This document shows, in pieces, positions 49,416-63,623 of a stretch of DNA of 64,000 nucleotides (within the stretch, counting starts at the first letter, position 1; every line of letters starts with the position of its first letter). A model generated the notes under the pieces. It searched no databases. It was not told the origin of the DNA and worked only from the letters and a program-made list of their open reading frames with translations. The stretch spans positions 9,610,001 through 9,674,000 of the forward strand of contig JAQFVV010000004.1 of assembly GCA_028023455.1 (NCBI GenBank), read 5' to 3'. This DNA is from Epiperipatus broadwayi. Lineage: Eukaryota > Animalia > Onychophora. Position numbers and translations under genes: made by a program.

Positions 49416-52284
49416 CACATTCATGTTAGATTATGGTTTTCTACATACATATTCATATCAAAAGAACACTTATAGTATTTATGAACATTCTATTTATAGA
49501 TAAAAGAAAATAAATTGCCACTAAGTCATCATGCTGAATTGTGGATAATGGTAAATCCACTGCTTTGCATAGTTTTATCATTCAAATTAAAGATTCTAAA
49601 TGGTTATGAGTATCAAATTTTGGAAAATTAATGATTAAGATAAAAAGAATGTTGTAATATACTCTTTGAAGTATTAAAAGAACAAAATATAGTAAATTTC
49701 TAAATATTCATTCCATGTTTTTGTTTTTGCAGCTTTTATTTCTCTGTATTTATTCATATAGAATGAATATGGATAAATTGCTCACCAATATGCATCAGCC
49801 ATTATCATGAATTTATTGTTATTTATCACTGAGTTTAAATCAATAAATACCGTGACTTTTTTTTATTTGCTTGCTATTTCTTAACTGTAATATCATTGAG
49901 GGTTTTTTGAGGGCAAGTTGAAGAAATTTTCAATATTTTGTTTATATCATGGATATTTAAGTTGTATAAACACTGATCAACTTATGCACCAAATTAGAAT
50001 GCCATATTTAACAAAAAGTGATATTTCCTATATATATATTATGGCTGACTATATGCCTGCCAAATTGATAATTTATATTTTTTATTTTAAAAATGTTTTC
50101 AAGAATAGATAGGAATATTCATATTAAAAAAATAGTAATTAATTAACCAAACCTGCTTAATTATTTTCATTAATTTCCTTACTTGTAACTCCTCTTTTTT
50201 TAATATTTAGTTGCTTAACAGTATGGATACTTTTTTGTGTGTGTGTTTGGCGTGGGGGGAGTAAGAAAGTTATATTTATACATGCCGACATATATTAGAT
50301 TTAAATTAGTTACTTAAATCTCCAAAGATTTCTTAATATTACAAAACAATATTATTTTTTCTTAATTTAATACTTTGGAAAAATCACTTTTTTTAAAAAT
50401 ATATTTTATTTTTAATTTGACAAAATTTTCTTTTTTTAAAATACTAAAAAACATAAAGCCCCAATATTTTGCCTATATACGTAACTGAAGTATCAAAAAT
50501 TATGATTGATTAATTGCTAGGAATATTTTAAAAATTGTGTGGGTATGCGTTTTTTTGTGTGGATGTGTGGGAAGAAGAAAAACATCAGAAAAAGTCACAT
50601 TTTAAAAATCTTTATTTTGTGAAATATGAAAAGTTATACAATTTTACTAATAGTATCAATAAAGTGCTAAATTAGCAAAAAATCTCAGAAAATAATTCTG
50701 CTTTCAAGTAAAAAGGAGCCTATCATTATTATTTTGGTTCACAAAAAGATATGAACATAACAATTATAGGTAGAATGGATATCTTTTTCAAAAGAAAACA
50801 TACTAAAAAGAAAAACTATAGAAATGGCAAAACAATTGATGATTAAATAATGAACTCAATTATAATTATTTAGAAAAAAGTTCCAATAAAATTTAACTAA
50901 TTTGCTGTTGGAATTGTTTTTTTAAAAGATGTTAGACTCTCATGAATGAAAATATTTCTTTTCAAATTATCTATATAAACATCTTTATTACTGTGAAAGT
51001 GATATATCTAAAAAAATATGTTGTAATATTCTGGAAATAAATACAAATAATGAAAATATAAAGTATTTCTAGTGATAAATTTAAAGAGATGTTCTTCAGT
51101 GTTAACATTACAAAAACGTTGCAAAATTAATTTTACTTAAATGAATTTTCCAATGATAATTGTATGTATTTACAATCTTTCATTTGAATTTAAGATAGCA
51201 CTTAATTAAACAAGAATCCCCCAAACTAGTATTATTTTTAGAAAGATAACATTTATTTTAAATTAATTTAGTAAATGGAATGCATTCATATTTATGTTAT
51301 AGGAAATAACTAAATAATGTAAAATGAGAAAATATTACTATTATTATTATTTTTTTATATAAAGAAAATCTTAAGTACACAAGATGACTGTTGGAATGTG
51401 TGCACATGGGATGCCTAACATTGATTTAATTAATATTAACCTATTAAAGTTTATTTATTTAATTTTTTGTGTCAAGAGAAAAATAAATAATTTCTATCAG
51501 ATTATGATTATTATTGGTACTAGTTTTTGTTATTTAAATTTGAAATAATATTCTTATTTGAATTTTACCCATGGAAATTACAGATATAAAATTGTTTTCA
51601 TCAGTATAAATTATTTGCTATTTTGTTAATCAACAGAATTAATTGTCCAGTAAAATATTTGTGTTTGCAAATAGATTATGCCTTAGTTCCATATTTTGAT
51701 TGTGTGCTTATATTATTAAAAGTCTTTATGAATTACATCATCCAAATATTAAATTTATATTTAAATTTTATCTCATTTATAGAATTAGATGATGGTGTTC
51801 ACTGATTGATTGCATCCAAGATAATTTGTAATTAAGAAATGTACAGAATCTTCATTATTTATGCAATTTTTCTTGCTGCACCTGACCACAAATAGCATAA
51901 TTATTTTTATTTATATATCCTAGAGTTAAATAATTTTACAAATAAAATATAAAAGCACAAGTATACTGTAATACATATTTAAATATTAACATTCTTAACT
52001 ATATTTAGTATTTATTTACTAAAGAAGAAGAAAAGCTTGTTTAGAGCAGTCAGCAGGTTCATCGTTTATTATATTTGTAATACAAGCTTGGAGAATTGAG
52101 TCATGAGATATATGACTTGATTTTTATTTTCTTTTAAAATTATATAAGTGAAATTTTATTACTTCTTAAAAAAATTTGTTTTTTAAAAGTTCTTGTATAA
52201 AAGTCCTTTATTCTAGATCCCATAATCATTGAAGCTTAACATGCTTAATGGAAAAATTGACTCCAGATGATGATTTCTCCATGC

Positions 52285-52390
52285 TAAATTAATTGTCTCT
52301 ATAGCTTGTAAGAAGATGCAATTTTTTAAGGAAAATTTCATTTGGATCTACCAAAGTCATAAACAATTCTCTCAAGGAATTCTGGTATAG
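52285..52390 (+). repeat. Dispersed repeat homologous to 45470-45570 (minus), probably a LINE remnant
   Basis: aattgtct(c/t)tatag...gatgcaatttt...aaacaa...gaattctggtatag is shared between the two loci. Confidence 0.55.
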
Positions 52391-55300
52391 ACAAAATGGC
52401 TTATTTTATAATGGAATATATTTCTTATATCGTTTCTTAAGAATGAATTTCATGAAATATAACTTATTATTAAAATTTTGAAATAATGTTTATAAATAGG
52501 ATTCACAAAGAAAATGAGAGGAAATTTATAAATGCATGTAAAACGAGAATCATCAAACATATGAGCAGGAATTGGAAGAAATCAAAGGCATTTGACACTT
52601 TTCTACTTGGTTGTTAGAAAAGTATTCTGTTATTTGAATAAAGGACATATGTATGTCCGATGTCAACTACAGAATTCTTATTGCAAGTAAGTAAATTTTA
52701 TTCTTTATTATTCTTTTCTAATATTATTTGTGATCTCATAACTTTCACATAACATTGTTGTAAGGATTCTAGAATAGAATATCTAGTGAAACCTTTATAT
52801 CAACTTTGGTATATTCGTATATACATTTAAAGGTAGTGTTTTAGAATATCTGGAGATTAATAATATATAAATCATCTACTCTTTATGAAGTAAATACAAT
52901 AAGTTTTCGATAGTTAGTTTTGTTACTTAATAATCTTACCTAAATTCACTACACGGTTATTATCATTCAACTTTCATTAATTAAAGTCTAAATTATAACA
53001 AGTTTTTCTTTGTTAAACATTTATTTATAGTTTGGAATATTTTGCAAATTAAACATTCTGAAAAAAATTATTATAAATCACTTAATTAACACCTACATGA
53101 ATAACATATAAATAATTAATTAGCGAATATGTTGCCTCACGTAAAGCAAAACAAATAACAAACATAAGCATTTTTAATTTTAATATATATGTATAAGCTT
53201 AAGAATAGGCACATTGTTATATTATATATATTAGAACAAAAATAATAGCACTGTATAACTTTTACTGTTTGCTTATTTTGTATTAAGAAACATCTTGACT
53301 ATGTTATTATGTTAAATCTTTACAGAAATTAAAAGTATACATTTAAGTATATTGTGCGAGTTAGCAAAATATCTTCCAAGTTCTGAAAAAAATGTTTTAA
53401 GAATAAAAAAGATGAAGTTTTAAGAAACTATATCAATGAGTGAGTATAAAATTAATTTACTTTCACTTAGATTTGAGAGTAGATGTTAGTAATTAATCAC
53501 TGGACTATAGATTTCAGTTCTCATAGTAAAGTTGGATGAGTAAATGATTTCAGCAATATTTTCCAGATGTACTCCATAGTAAATTCTAAGTACCAGAGAA
53601 GTAAGAAAGACAGCTCTTAGTGAGAAAGCCACTTATTACTATACACTTATTTCTATGATAAAAAGCTATAATTATACTTGTAATTATCTTGACATATCTA
53701 TCTCTATTTAATGTGTTTATCATCATCATCCATCCATATAAAAATTAATTATGAAGGATGCTGTGCCTGAAAGCGTGGAGTTTAAAAACATAGTCAATTA
53801 CCTGTCATATAAAAAATATATTGTCCTGCTGGGTTTTTGTCTTACTGCCTAATAAATGCCTATAATATATATATAAAAAAAACATATTTAGAAAATCTAT
53901 AAATCAGCCACAAGTTAATCAACCATGAAAATGTTCATGTTAGTGGAGTCCATAGTGAACATTCAAAGTCCAGAAAAGGGGTATAACTGAGATATGTCTC
54001 CTTTATATTGTGATATATCTATATAAAAAAATAAACATTTAATACCATAAAAAAATTAAATATTTGACTTTTAAAAAGGCTTTTTAATAAAACTATATGT
54101 ATGTAAGTATTTTATCTAGAAAAGTCTTGTAATTTCATGATGGGATAAAATGCTAAGGGAAAATCTAAAATTATTTTGATGTTATTACTTATAATGTAAT
54201 GTGGTTGAACCCACGTATCTGTCATATTTAGGTAAAATTACAATATATTAGATAGACATTCTATGTCTATTAGTGAAAAGTAATAAAATTAAATTAACAT
54301 TTAATGATATGCCAAAAATATATCCAACAAATATAGTAATTCAAATCACTAAAAATATATATATCATTTTGGCCTTTTAATATTGAACCATACATCCCCT
54401 AGTGGGAATTTGAATTAATAGTTCAGCATTTTATTTTCATATTAACACGTTTTTCAATGCTATGAATCAATGAAGTATACTTGATTATTAGAAATATAGC
54501 TTTACAATGAAAAACATTTAAAAAAATCTTATTTGAACTTTCCAAATACAGAAAAAAGGTTAAATATAATAAAATGAAATACATAATGAAAACAATTACT
54601 TTTGACTGGCTGATTATTGAAACAAACAAATTAATAAAATCTTTGTTGAATGAATTTCAGTTTTTAAACATGGATGAATAATTATACAGCCACCATAAGA
54701 ATATGAAATTCTTTTCATGCACTAGATATCAGAATCATTAAGATATTTATGACCATAGCATTTATATTGACATTCACTATTATTTGTTTTAGTTTAATAA
54801 ATTAGTTGTTGACTAGCTGATATGGCTTATTTTTATTATAATCTTATTCTCATATATATATGAACATATTTTTGTCTCACATGTCTAGTTAAGTAATATT
54901 AAATGGTGTGTGTAACATTAGTGTCAGAGTCTATGCTATTTATAAACTAGTATTGTAGAAAGTCCAAATGTGAGTCTGTAGGATAGCCATTTACTAGAAG
55001 GTGATGCTCAATATCATGGTCTAAGATCATTACAAAGGAAGACATCCTTCATATATAAGAAAGTTGTTCATATGTTTTAGCATTAAATGGCATATCTAAA
55101 AATGCAAACAATACTCTGAACTAAAATTTCAGTGAAGAAGTCTGAATAGTACACAATATATTGATGTTGCAAAAAATAATTAAAAATATGTGTTTTACTC
55201 ATTTATGTTTAATAAATAAGGATGTTGCAAAGTATATATGAATAAATGTTATTCAACCTGAAAATCTAGGGACTGATAGGCTTGTTGATGTTGAACATAA

Positions 55301-57494
55301 GCATTAAACACCATTTATCTAAATTTAATTTTATGTTTAATGAATTTAATAGCTATACAAATATCTAAATCATATATCTAGTTATATTTGGAAAACCAAT
55401 ATATTTTTATTTCATAGCTAAATTATTTCTTAATTTATCACCATTGTCATTTGTGCATATTCTCTTTTCCTCTTTTTGAGCTAACACTAAAAAGAGAGTT
55501 TATTTAAATTCTTCCATGTGTATCATTTTTTATTTTATTTTATCTTTTCTTTCTTCTGTTATAAAATATAAACTCCTAATTTCAAACTGATCAATTTGAT
55601 ATAGAATTGTTTAGTGTTAAATCTATCAATGTAACAAATAAATTAATTATTTACATTTATTTTCCAAGTAATTCTGTGAACATTTATACTATAAAATCAC
55701 AATTATGAAATTTAAATAAATGGTGATATCTATGCAACTTCACTAGAATTGGTTTATAATCAAATTCTTTTTACAATCGCAAGAATGAATTGAGAATCAT
55801 TTAATATCTCATTTCTCTTAGATATTATCATTATGTTCTTAGTAGTATTTATTCTTTACTCCTTCAAAAATTATCTTAAAAGCCATGCTTTGGTATATTG
55901 AAAAATAAATTGAATAAAGTAAAATAGCATAGACATGAGTCAAAATAACGTACCTACTTTTTCAAAATTATAAAACAAAATGTTATTACAACGTTATGAT
56001 GGATTTTGTACAACTTTATGAAAATAAAGTAGGATATTTTTAAAGATGCAATTTTTTATATTCACATATTTGTATGAAATAGTTGGTGGCAAAATAAAAG
56101 AACAACTTTACCAGGATATTTCCTCATGGAAAGAGAATATGAGGGGTACATTATTATAGGGTACATTATTGTAGGATAAATAGAAAAACATTGTCAAAGC
56201 TGAATAAAACAAAAAAATAATCTCTGCAATTTAATATTAGTATAAATTTTGTACAAACTTCAATACTGCACCACCTTTAATAGTGAAAAAAAAATAACAT
56301 AGTAAAGTTATCTAATAGTGAATTCATATGTTGTAGTTTATATGACAAAAAATATAACTAATTTATTACATGTTATGTTTTTTTTAAAAAAAAAACTGAA
56401 GTTTGGACTCTAAACTGAAAATCTGAAATCGGTATTATTCCTGATGATGATTACAAGAAAGTCAAAATATTGTAAAAAAAAAAAAGACATTGTAAAAGGT
56501 AGTAAACTGTTCAATTTACAATATTATAATATTAAAATACTTTATGCAATTATAACATGCAAGTGTTAGTAAAATAATTTTAATAAAATGTTGATTTTTG
56601 CTCATATATGTATTTATGATTTGGAATATTTCTTTTTTTATATTTTGTAAAATATCTGACAAAATGCATATTGTGGATTCCAAAAAGAGTTTTTCCTCTT
56701 ATGAAAAATTAAAATATTACGTCTTACTTTTAATGTTTGCATTCAATGGACATACTTTTGCCTTTTTTAGTATTTTACATTTAAAGTACAAGAACAAAAT
56801 TGTAGAATTTTTATCACTTTTTCCTTTATGCTTTGTTTTTCAACTATTCTTTAACTATCATTCATAATAGTTAATTAAAGTCATTTTTTACTTCTTTTTT
56901 TTCTGAATTTTTCATATAGGGTTTGTGAAAATTGATTGTAATCTTAAAATTAAACATTTTATTATGAACATTATCATTATTTCATATCATCTTCTTCAAC
57001 TGATATATTTGTTTCTTTTTTAAAAAAAATCTCATGTTTTTCACATTCTTAATGTTAGCTATCTACTTTTATACATCATTTGATGTCACTGGTTAAAAAT
57101 CAATATGATACTTATCATTTTATATCTCTATAAACATATTTCATGCACTTTTAAATTTTTTTCAATATATATCTTATTTATCATACATATTTTAAAATAT
57201 TTTTATATATTCAATATTACATAACTTGAAATATAGCTTTAATAAAGTAATTTGGTCAATTTAAGATCTTTTTGGTTTTTTTTTCCAAAGTACTTTAGAT
57301 TTGACTATATAAGTGAATTTAAGTAAAAAGAATAAGACAGTCCATTCTTAAAAAACCAGTGTTCGATGATTAATCTAGTTATTATATAATATTAGCCACC
57401 GGAAAAGGTTTGTACATATATTAGCATTAGAGTAATTTGATCACACACAAACACACATATATATATATAAATTATTATTTTTGGGACTAAACTG

Positions 57495-57762
57495 TGTGTT
57501 ATTTTGCATTACAAACCAATATTTCGACAAACTAGTATCCACCATTGTCAAGGTTAACTTTTGAAAGCTATGTAAAAAATCACCAATTTTCTTGCCAGTA
57601 GAAAAAAATGTCTTTATATTAAAACTAGATAGTCTTCTACTGATCTTATAAAGACAACTTTTTCTACTGGCAAGAAAATTGGTGATATTTTACATTTAGT
57701 TAACCTTGACAATGGCGGATGCTAGTTCATCGAAATATTGGTTTGTAATGCAAAATAACACA
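57495..57762. mobile_element. Foldback repeat (about 120 bp arms) of pLTR-like type with partial hammerhead half (stem II-GAAA-tatt)
   Basis: The arms tgtgttattttgcattacaaaccaatatttcga...aatgtctttata and tataaagacaac...tcgaaatattggtttgtaatgcaaaataacaca are complementary. The CTGANGA half is not recognisable. Confidence 0.75.
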
Positions 57763-57787
57763 TGGTATAAAACCATGAAAACATTAA

Positions 57788-57818
<31 letters not shown>

Positions 57819-57931
57819 CTGAATAGAAAGTAATTGAAGCTTTGAATGAGTTATATAGTATAAATAAACTTTTCAAAAGGCAGATGATTCTATGTGTCTC
57901 TTAGCATATGTTCTTACATATATTTGTTTAA

Positions 57932-58527
57932 TCACTAAACATCACATGATCACCATCTATCTCTATACTAGCACATAATTGTTGTAAACAAAGGTAAAAC
58001 TCTCCATACAGTAGTGCCACCCTGTGCCAAACAGAGGAATAAATGGATGCCAGAAGGCTTGTGCATAAAATCCCTATCTAGTGCCTACTCATCCAATATC
58101 CCCAGACTAGTTTCTGGTTTGTGGTCATCATCAGTGAGGAGCCTAATAGGATAGTGCTGGCTGTTGTTGTTTAAGAGCCAAAGACACAAAAATGTATGGA
58201 TGGTAAATTGAGTTCAGACCCATATGACTATATAAGCTATTGAGCTTAGATTGAAAATATTATTGTGTTTTCAATTTCATTCTCATACTTTTGTAGCAAA
58301 GTAGAGTTAAAAAGTGGCTGCTGGAGGGTTGCATTAGATCCTAAGATCTTGCAGTGCTCTCAGATCCAAGGCTCCTCACTGATGATGGCCACAAGCCAGA
58401 AACTAGTCTGGGATATTGGATGAGTAGGCACTAGATAGGGATTTTATGCACAAGCCTTCTGGCATCCATTGATTACTCTGTTTGGCACAGGATGGCACTA
58501 CTGTATGGAGAGTTTTGCCTTTGTTTA
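57932..58527. mobile_element. Family B foldback element: about 160 bp inverted arms (57985-58144, 58369-58527), 224 bp spacer, outward-facing hammerheads, no ORF
   Basis: The arms are reverse complements with few mismatches. The same spacer and left extension occur in the 15.2-15.7 kb copy. Confidence 0.92.
58375..58412 (+). ncRNA. Intact minimal type I hammerhead motif (family B; predicted cleavage after C58408)
   Basis: CTCA/TGGG stem I, CTGATGA 58379-58385, TGGC-cacaa-GCCA stem II, GAAA 58399-58402, palindromic ACTAGT, GUC triplet. Confidence 0.8.
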
Positions 58528-58987
58528 TATATTTGTTTATAAGGATTTATTATTTACACACTCACATAGATATTTCAAGAGATTGTAAAATATCTAGAAA
58601 GAGATCATAAGTGAGATGGATGAATGAAATAAGGAAATGTGTTGGGATGATGTGGAGAAGAGAGGATGAACTTGGAGAGACCTCCATCCTGCAGTGGATC
58701 GATAATGATTAAAAATGATGAAGAGGGATTGTGGGTAAAAGAATGTAGCTATGCAGTGTTTCAAATATAGTATATATATATGTGCTTAAGTGATCAGTGA
58801 ACTACTTATACTAATTTTTTTTGGAATTTAGTGAAATAAATGCTCATTGTTTAAAATAAAATATTATTTTAAAAAATTTTTAAGTTCTTAACTACATTTA
58901 AAAATGTAGATTGAATATTATATAGATATCCTTAAATATTGCTATAATCTGCGGAACTTTATTTTTACAGTCAACTCTACTATTGTA

Positions 58988-59099
58988 GTCTTGCATTGGT
59001 GGTCGAGAGGTCAGTGCGACTGCCTTGCACTTGCAGGCAGTTGCCCGGGTTGCGGGTTCGCGTCCCGGCCGATGCTATGACACTTTAAAAAAAAAAAAA
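58988..59099 (+). mobile_element. tRNA-Gly-derived SINE, best-preserved copy
   Basis: Starts GCATTGGTGGT as tRNA-Gly-GCC does; A-box TGGTCGAGAGG; B-box-like GGTTCGCGTCC; ends CCCGGCCGATGC plus short tail plus A14. TSD actct(a/g)ctattgta at 58974-58987 and 59100-59113. Confidence 0.9.
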
Positions 59100-59149
59100 A
59101 CTCTGCTATTGTACTTCCGGTGTTTGGATTTCTTATGAACTTGTGAGCA

Positions 59150-60900
59150 ATAAAACATTCGAATATCAATTTATTTTTTTATTAAAAATGTGAATGATAA
59201 ATAATAAATGTATACGTAATGATCTCTTGTTTCCCGAATCTATTTCAAAACTTTTGATTATTAGAATTCACATAATACAAACAAAATTTGAATTACTTAA
59301 GTGTCTTGTTGCGTACACGTTCCGATAATTACTTTTTTGCTAATAAATCAATTATATTTTAATGTGCTTTGTGTATAAAAAATATTAATATTTTTCATAT
59401 CGAAGAGTACTTAAACTATGTGTACACACATCATAAAGCTTAGCGATAATATTACCTTAAAATAACTATATTATACTCATTTAAAAAAACTCACAGAATT
59501 GTAATACTTATTTCAAACAAATTTAGTTCTCAAAAAAAAAAAAAAAAAAAGAATAACTTTTTACGAGCAATTACTAAGTTGGTTACTTAAACATTTATTA
59601 ATAATAAATTAACAATATAATCTACAATTTAAAACATTTGAGTGTTAATATATATTTAAGTTAGAATTTCAAAATATATTTTACAACAAAAAATAGTCTT
59701 GCATTTTAGTAAAAATATTAATAAAACATTTTTATTGTCCTTTGCTTTTATATATGTATATAAGAAACATTATAAAAGTAAAACTTAAGATATCATGATT
59801 TTCGATTTAGTTATGTTAAGTTGATAATGATTATGATTATGCAAATGAAACTCTTTCTTTTATATATGTTATTTTTGAAATTATTAATTAATATTTTATT
59901 TTCCTTAAATTTATTACATAACATTATTTGTGATACTTTATTATATATAACTAGAGAAATGTTAGCACCAATCACCGGCCATGTTGCATAAAAAAACTGT
60001 AAAATTACTGTGTAATAAAATATTTATTCATTTCAAGAAAACCTCTATTATCATACAATTAAAATTTGCTAACAAACTGATTATATTTTCCTACTAATAA
60101 TCATCATCACTCAATTTTTATGTCTAACCTCTAAAAAAATATTTGGTGAATAGACAATTTTTAGATATTTTGAGTAAATTGAAAATGTTTGAAAAACTTC
60201 AGTTTATAAATGATAATATTATTATTAAAATAATTTCCATTTAGTTCAACTGTGAAAAAAAAAATTAAGTGGCTATAAAAGAGGAAGTAACTTTTAGAGT
60301 ATTTTTAAAAAATCGGGTGAAAGAGTTTAGAATTTGATGAATATAGAATATAAAAAATGGAAAAGTAGAAGAGGAAGAAACAATAAAAGCTAAAAATGAC
60401 TAAAAATGAAAATCAAAAAACAGTAAAATTTGAACTATAGTTTAAATCACATAAGAATTGATAATGTAAATTCTGCATTATTTATATTTAGAAGAGAAAT
60501 ATTTGATATTATGAAGTATGTGGTATTTAAAGGAATAAAAATGTAATGAATTAAAAAATACTACCTGAAGTAGAATCGCTTACCAAGAATATAAATAAAT
60601 CAATAAGGAGCCGATAGATATGATTATAAAAATGCTATTTAAATGGGATGGTTGTAATTTTAAATTGAAGGTTATCAAAGATATATTTTGTATTATGACG
60701 TTGCTGTTATCGATATATGTAACTTTACGAAAGGAATAGCACTATATAAATTTACATTTTATTTATAAATTACTATTTAAATTCACATCATCGAATTTAG
60801 AATGATAAATTAAAATAATGCTTTTATTTATTTATTATTTAAATGATTATTAAAAAAAATCACATTATAATATTCAAATAGTTTTATTATTTTCGCCTCT
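59150..60900. promoter_or_regulatory. CpG-richer promoter-like zone with DRE motif TATCGATA (60708-60715) and a minus-strand donor TTG|GTAAGC near 60582
   Basis: Many scattered CpGs in otherwise unique AT-rich sequence, an exact DRE octamer, and a strong donor about 125 bp downstream on the minus strand. Confidence 0.45.
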
Positions 60901-61204
60901 CAGTTTATTAAAATTTCAGCTCTCTGAAAATAATCCCAAAAAGCAATGAATTTCTAATTAAATTGTTTTGTTTTAATTTTCAACTTCAATTATTACCATG
61001 TTTAAAGTAAAAAGTTTCAAAGCATTACTCATTAGCATACAGTAAATCAAATGCATTTGCAAATAGATTATGTAGAAATGAGTTAATTAAAACTAATGTT
61101 AATTTATATACAAAAGAAAAAAAACAGTAAATCAAGATATTTCTTGTGGAAATATGAACTTAAAATAAAAATAATTTAAAAATTTGAAAATGATAAGATT
61201 CTGA

Positions 61205-61537
61205 TCACCAATGCTGGTTTTCTGGGGTAAGATGGGTTGCCCGACCAAAAATATAAATACAAAGATGTTTCCAGTACTTATTTGATTGCAAACAGACACA
61301 TATCTATAAATCATTTTTGGAAGAATTTAAAATGCAGCAGTGCATATTTCAATAAGGGAGTAAGATAAAAAAATTATACAACTTATCAGAATAATTTCCA
61401 GTAATTTTTTTTTTCTCAAAGTAACCTTTATTAATAAAAAAATTTGGGTACTCTTACCCATTGAGGATTACACAATGATCCAATGTAACAAGGTAAAATG
61501 TACATATGTTCAAAAATAATTACATCCATAAAAATTG
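61205..61537 (-). CDS. Two candidate exons (61458-61537 and 61205-61303): IFMDVIIFEHMYILPCYIGSLCNPQW | ICVCLQSNKYWKHLCIYIFGRATHLTPENQHW*
   Basis: Acceptors cattaatcacattacAG and aatgatttatAG, consensus donor TGG|GTAAGA, compatible phases, stop at 61205-61207. No homology recognised. Confidence 0.35.
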
Positions 61538-63114
61538 CTGTAATGTGATTAATGTGTATCTGCACGTGGATCCACATGGCCCGGCTGTCGAGAAGTTAAC
61601 CATCATCCAATGGTCCCACCCCTGGGGCCCTGAGGTGAAGACTCAAATGCTTCAGCTGAATAGGAAGTCCAGCATTGTGCCAACCAGTACACAGGCAGTG
61701 AGGTCCAAAGCCCAAGTTCATCAAGCAATAAACTCTTGAAACACAGCCGAGCCATGTCAAGACCATTTCTGAATACCTCTGCCTCCCAATTAGCAGTCCA
61801 AATGAGCAGGGACCACAATCGGTCTACCTGCCCAAAATTGGAAAGCCAACTTGGATAAAAACTCAGAAGTAATAAGTAAAGAGCCAGATGGACACTGTCC
61901 AAAACCAGCCTATCAGGGGACACAGCAGCCAACCAGAGCAGGAATAGCACCAACTTTAAACATGTGGCCCCTTGGCAGGTGTTTTGGGCAGTGGCAAAAT
62001 TAACAGCCCACACCATAAACCAGACACCTAATGTCTACAACCAGCCACCCCTGAAGAAAAAGAGGGGAGTGCATACCCATGCCCACAAAACAGAACTCCA
62101 TCAATGTTACAAAAAAAAATGGCGGTGGCTCAAAACAGACCAACCGCTTTACAAATACACTAAATTTAAAGTTAACAAATGAAACCTAATGCTAGTGAGT
62201 GCAAATCAACTCTGACCTATCACATAATCCATCAAGGGGTGCAGTAGCCCTTCATGGTGAAGCTAATTTCCAGTAAATTTTAATGAATAATAGTCTCATT
62301 GATACATATAGAACTATATGTTACATAAGTATGATAATAAAGTATAATTACTGCAGAAGTAATTCAAATGAGATGACTACTTTTTAAATAGCTTTAACTC
62401 TTATTGTGGCTCGCCATTACAATACTTAATTATTAAATAATAATCAATAAATTACAAATATGTTGTAAAATTAAATAAAAATAATAATTAAAATTAAAGT
62501 AGCATATTTTTTTTCTTTAGTATATTTTGGAAATAAATGTTTTTAAAAAAGCTTATTTTATTATTTGGGATTGAAAATTTACGTATAAACTATTTAATTA
62601 AACATATTTTTTTAATCAAGTTACCTCAAATTATATTTTGATTATTTGTGATAGCATATCATTGTTAATATGTAGTTTGAACTCTTGACGCTATATTAAT
62701 TTTAATTCTAGAAAAATCTAATAAATAATAGCCTCATTTCATCTGTTAATATTGTAGGAAGAGGTTTTTCTCAATTTAGAAAAGTATCTCTTAAAACTGA
62801 TCACTGTGTACCTACAAAATCAAATTGACAAAATAAAAATACTCACTAAAATTTTATAATGGATATATAGAATGTGTTTACAATAGCGTATATCACAATT
62901 TGTGGAAAGAAATAGAAAATAAAGACAAAACATATGTTAATATCTAAGTACTTAAATGTATGTTTGTATGTCTTATTAAGTTGATTTTATTGTATTAGTA
63001 AATAAATTATTTCAAATTTTTCCATTCTTAAAATTAAAAAAAAGAATTTTAAAAGCTAAAAAAATTTGTGGTATTTAATCTCTCAATAAACTGATGAAGA
63101 AATATATTTATATC

Positions 63115-63623
63115 TACAATAGACTTCTTGAAGAGTCGTAATTAATTTATTGAGTGCACAGAAAACATATGTAAATACTTTAAACCATCTTTAACCTGTG
63201 TTCAATGTGCTTTAAAATTCGTAATAATCAAGCACATTTATGCTGACCGAGGGATTTTCCAAACGACACAAGATAGCGACTTTTATAAAGATAAGAGCGG
63301 CCATCTTATCTTTAACCTAAATGTCCACTTATATAAGTGAATCTGAAGCATCTTGATTTGGAAGCATGAAGTAGTTGTTTTCTCCACTATTTAAATCCAC
63401 TATTTCCTTTACAAATTAACTTATGTGAAATCTTGCGATTTACAGTGAGTTAATAGTACGATCTTAATGTTGGAAATTCTATAAACTATTGAAGAGTAGT
63501 AATTAATTTATTGAGTGCACAGAAAGCATATATAAATACTTTAAACAGACTTTAACCTGTATTCAATGCACTTTAAAATTTGTAATAATCAAGTACATTT
63601 TGTTGACAGAGACTTCTTCAAAA
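63115..63623 (+). repeat. Pair of about 148 bp direct repeats (63115-63263, 63476-63623; offset about 361)
   Basis: tgaagagt.gtaattaatttattgagtgcacagaaa...ttaacctgt.ttcaatg..ctttaaaatt.gtaataatcaag is shared. Confidence 0.9.

Noticed and set aside
52500-52686. Plus-strand exon-like segment ending in GTAAGT
   Set aside because: All three frames are closed, and it adjoins a dispersed repeat that is probably a LINE remnant.
61466-61492. Plus-strand DYTMIQCNK resembling a PHD-finger MIQC motif
   Set aside because: Only nine residues, a poor acceptor, and no other PHD ligands in phase nearby.
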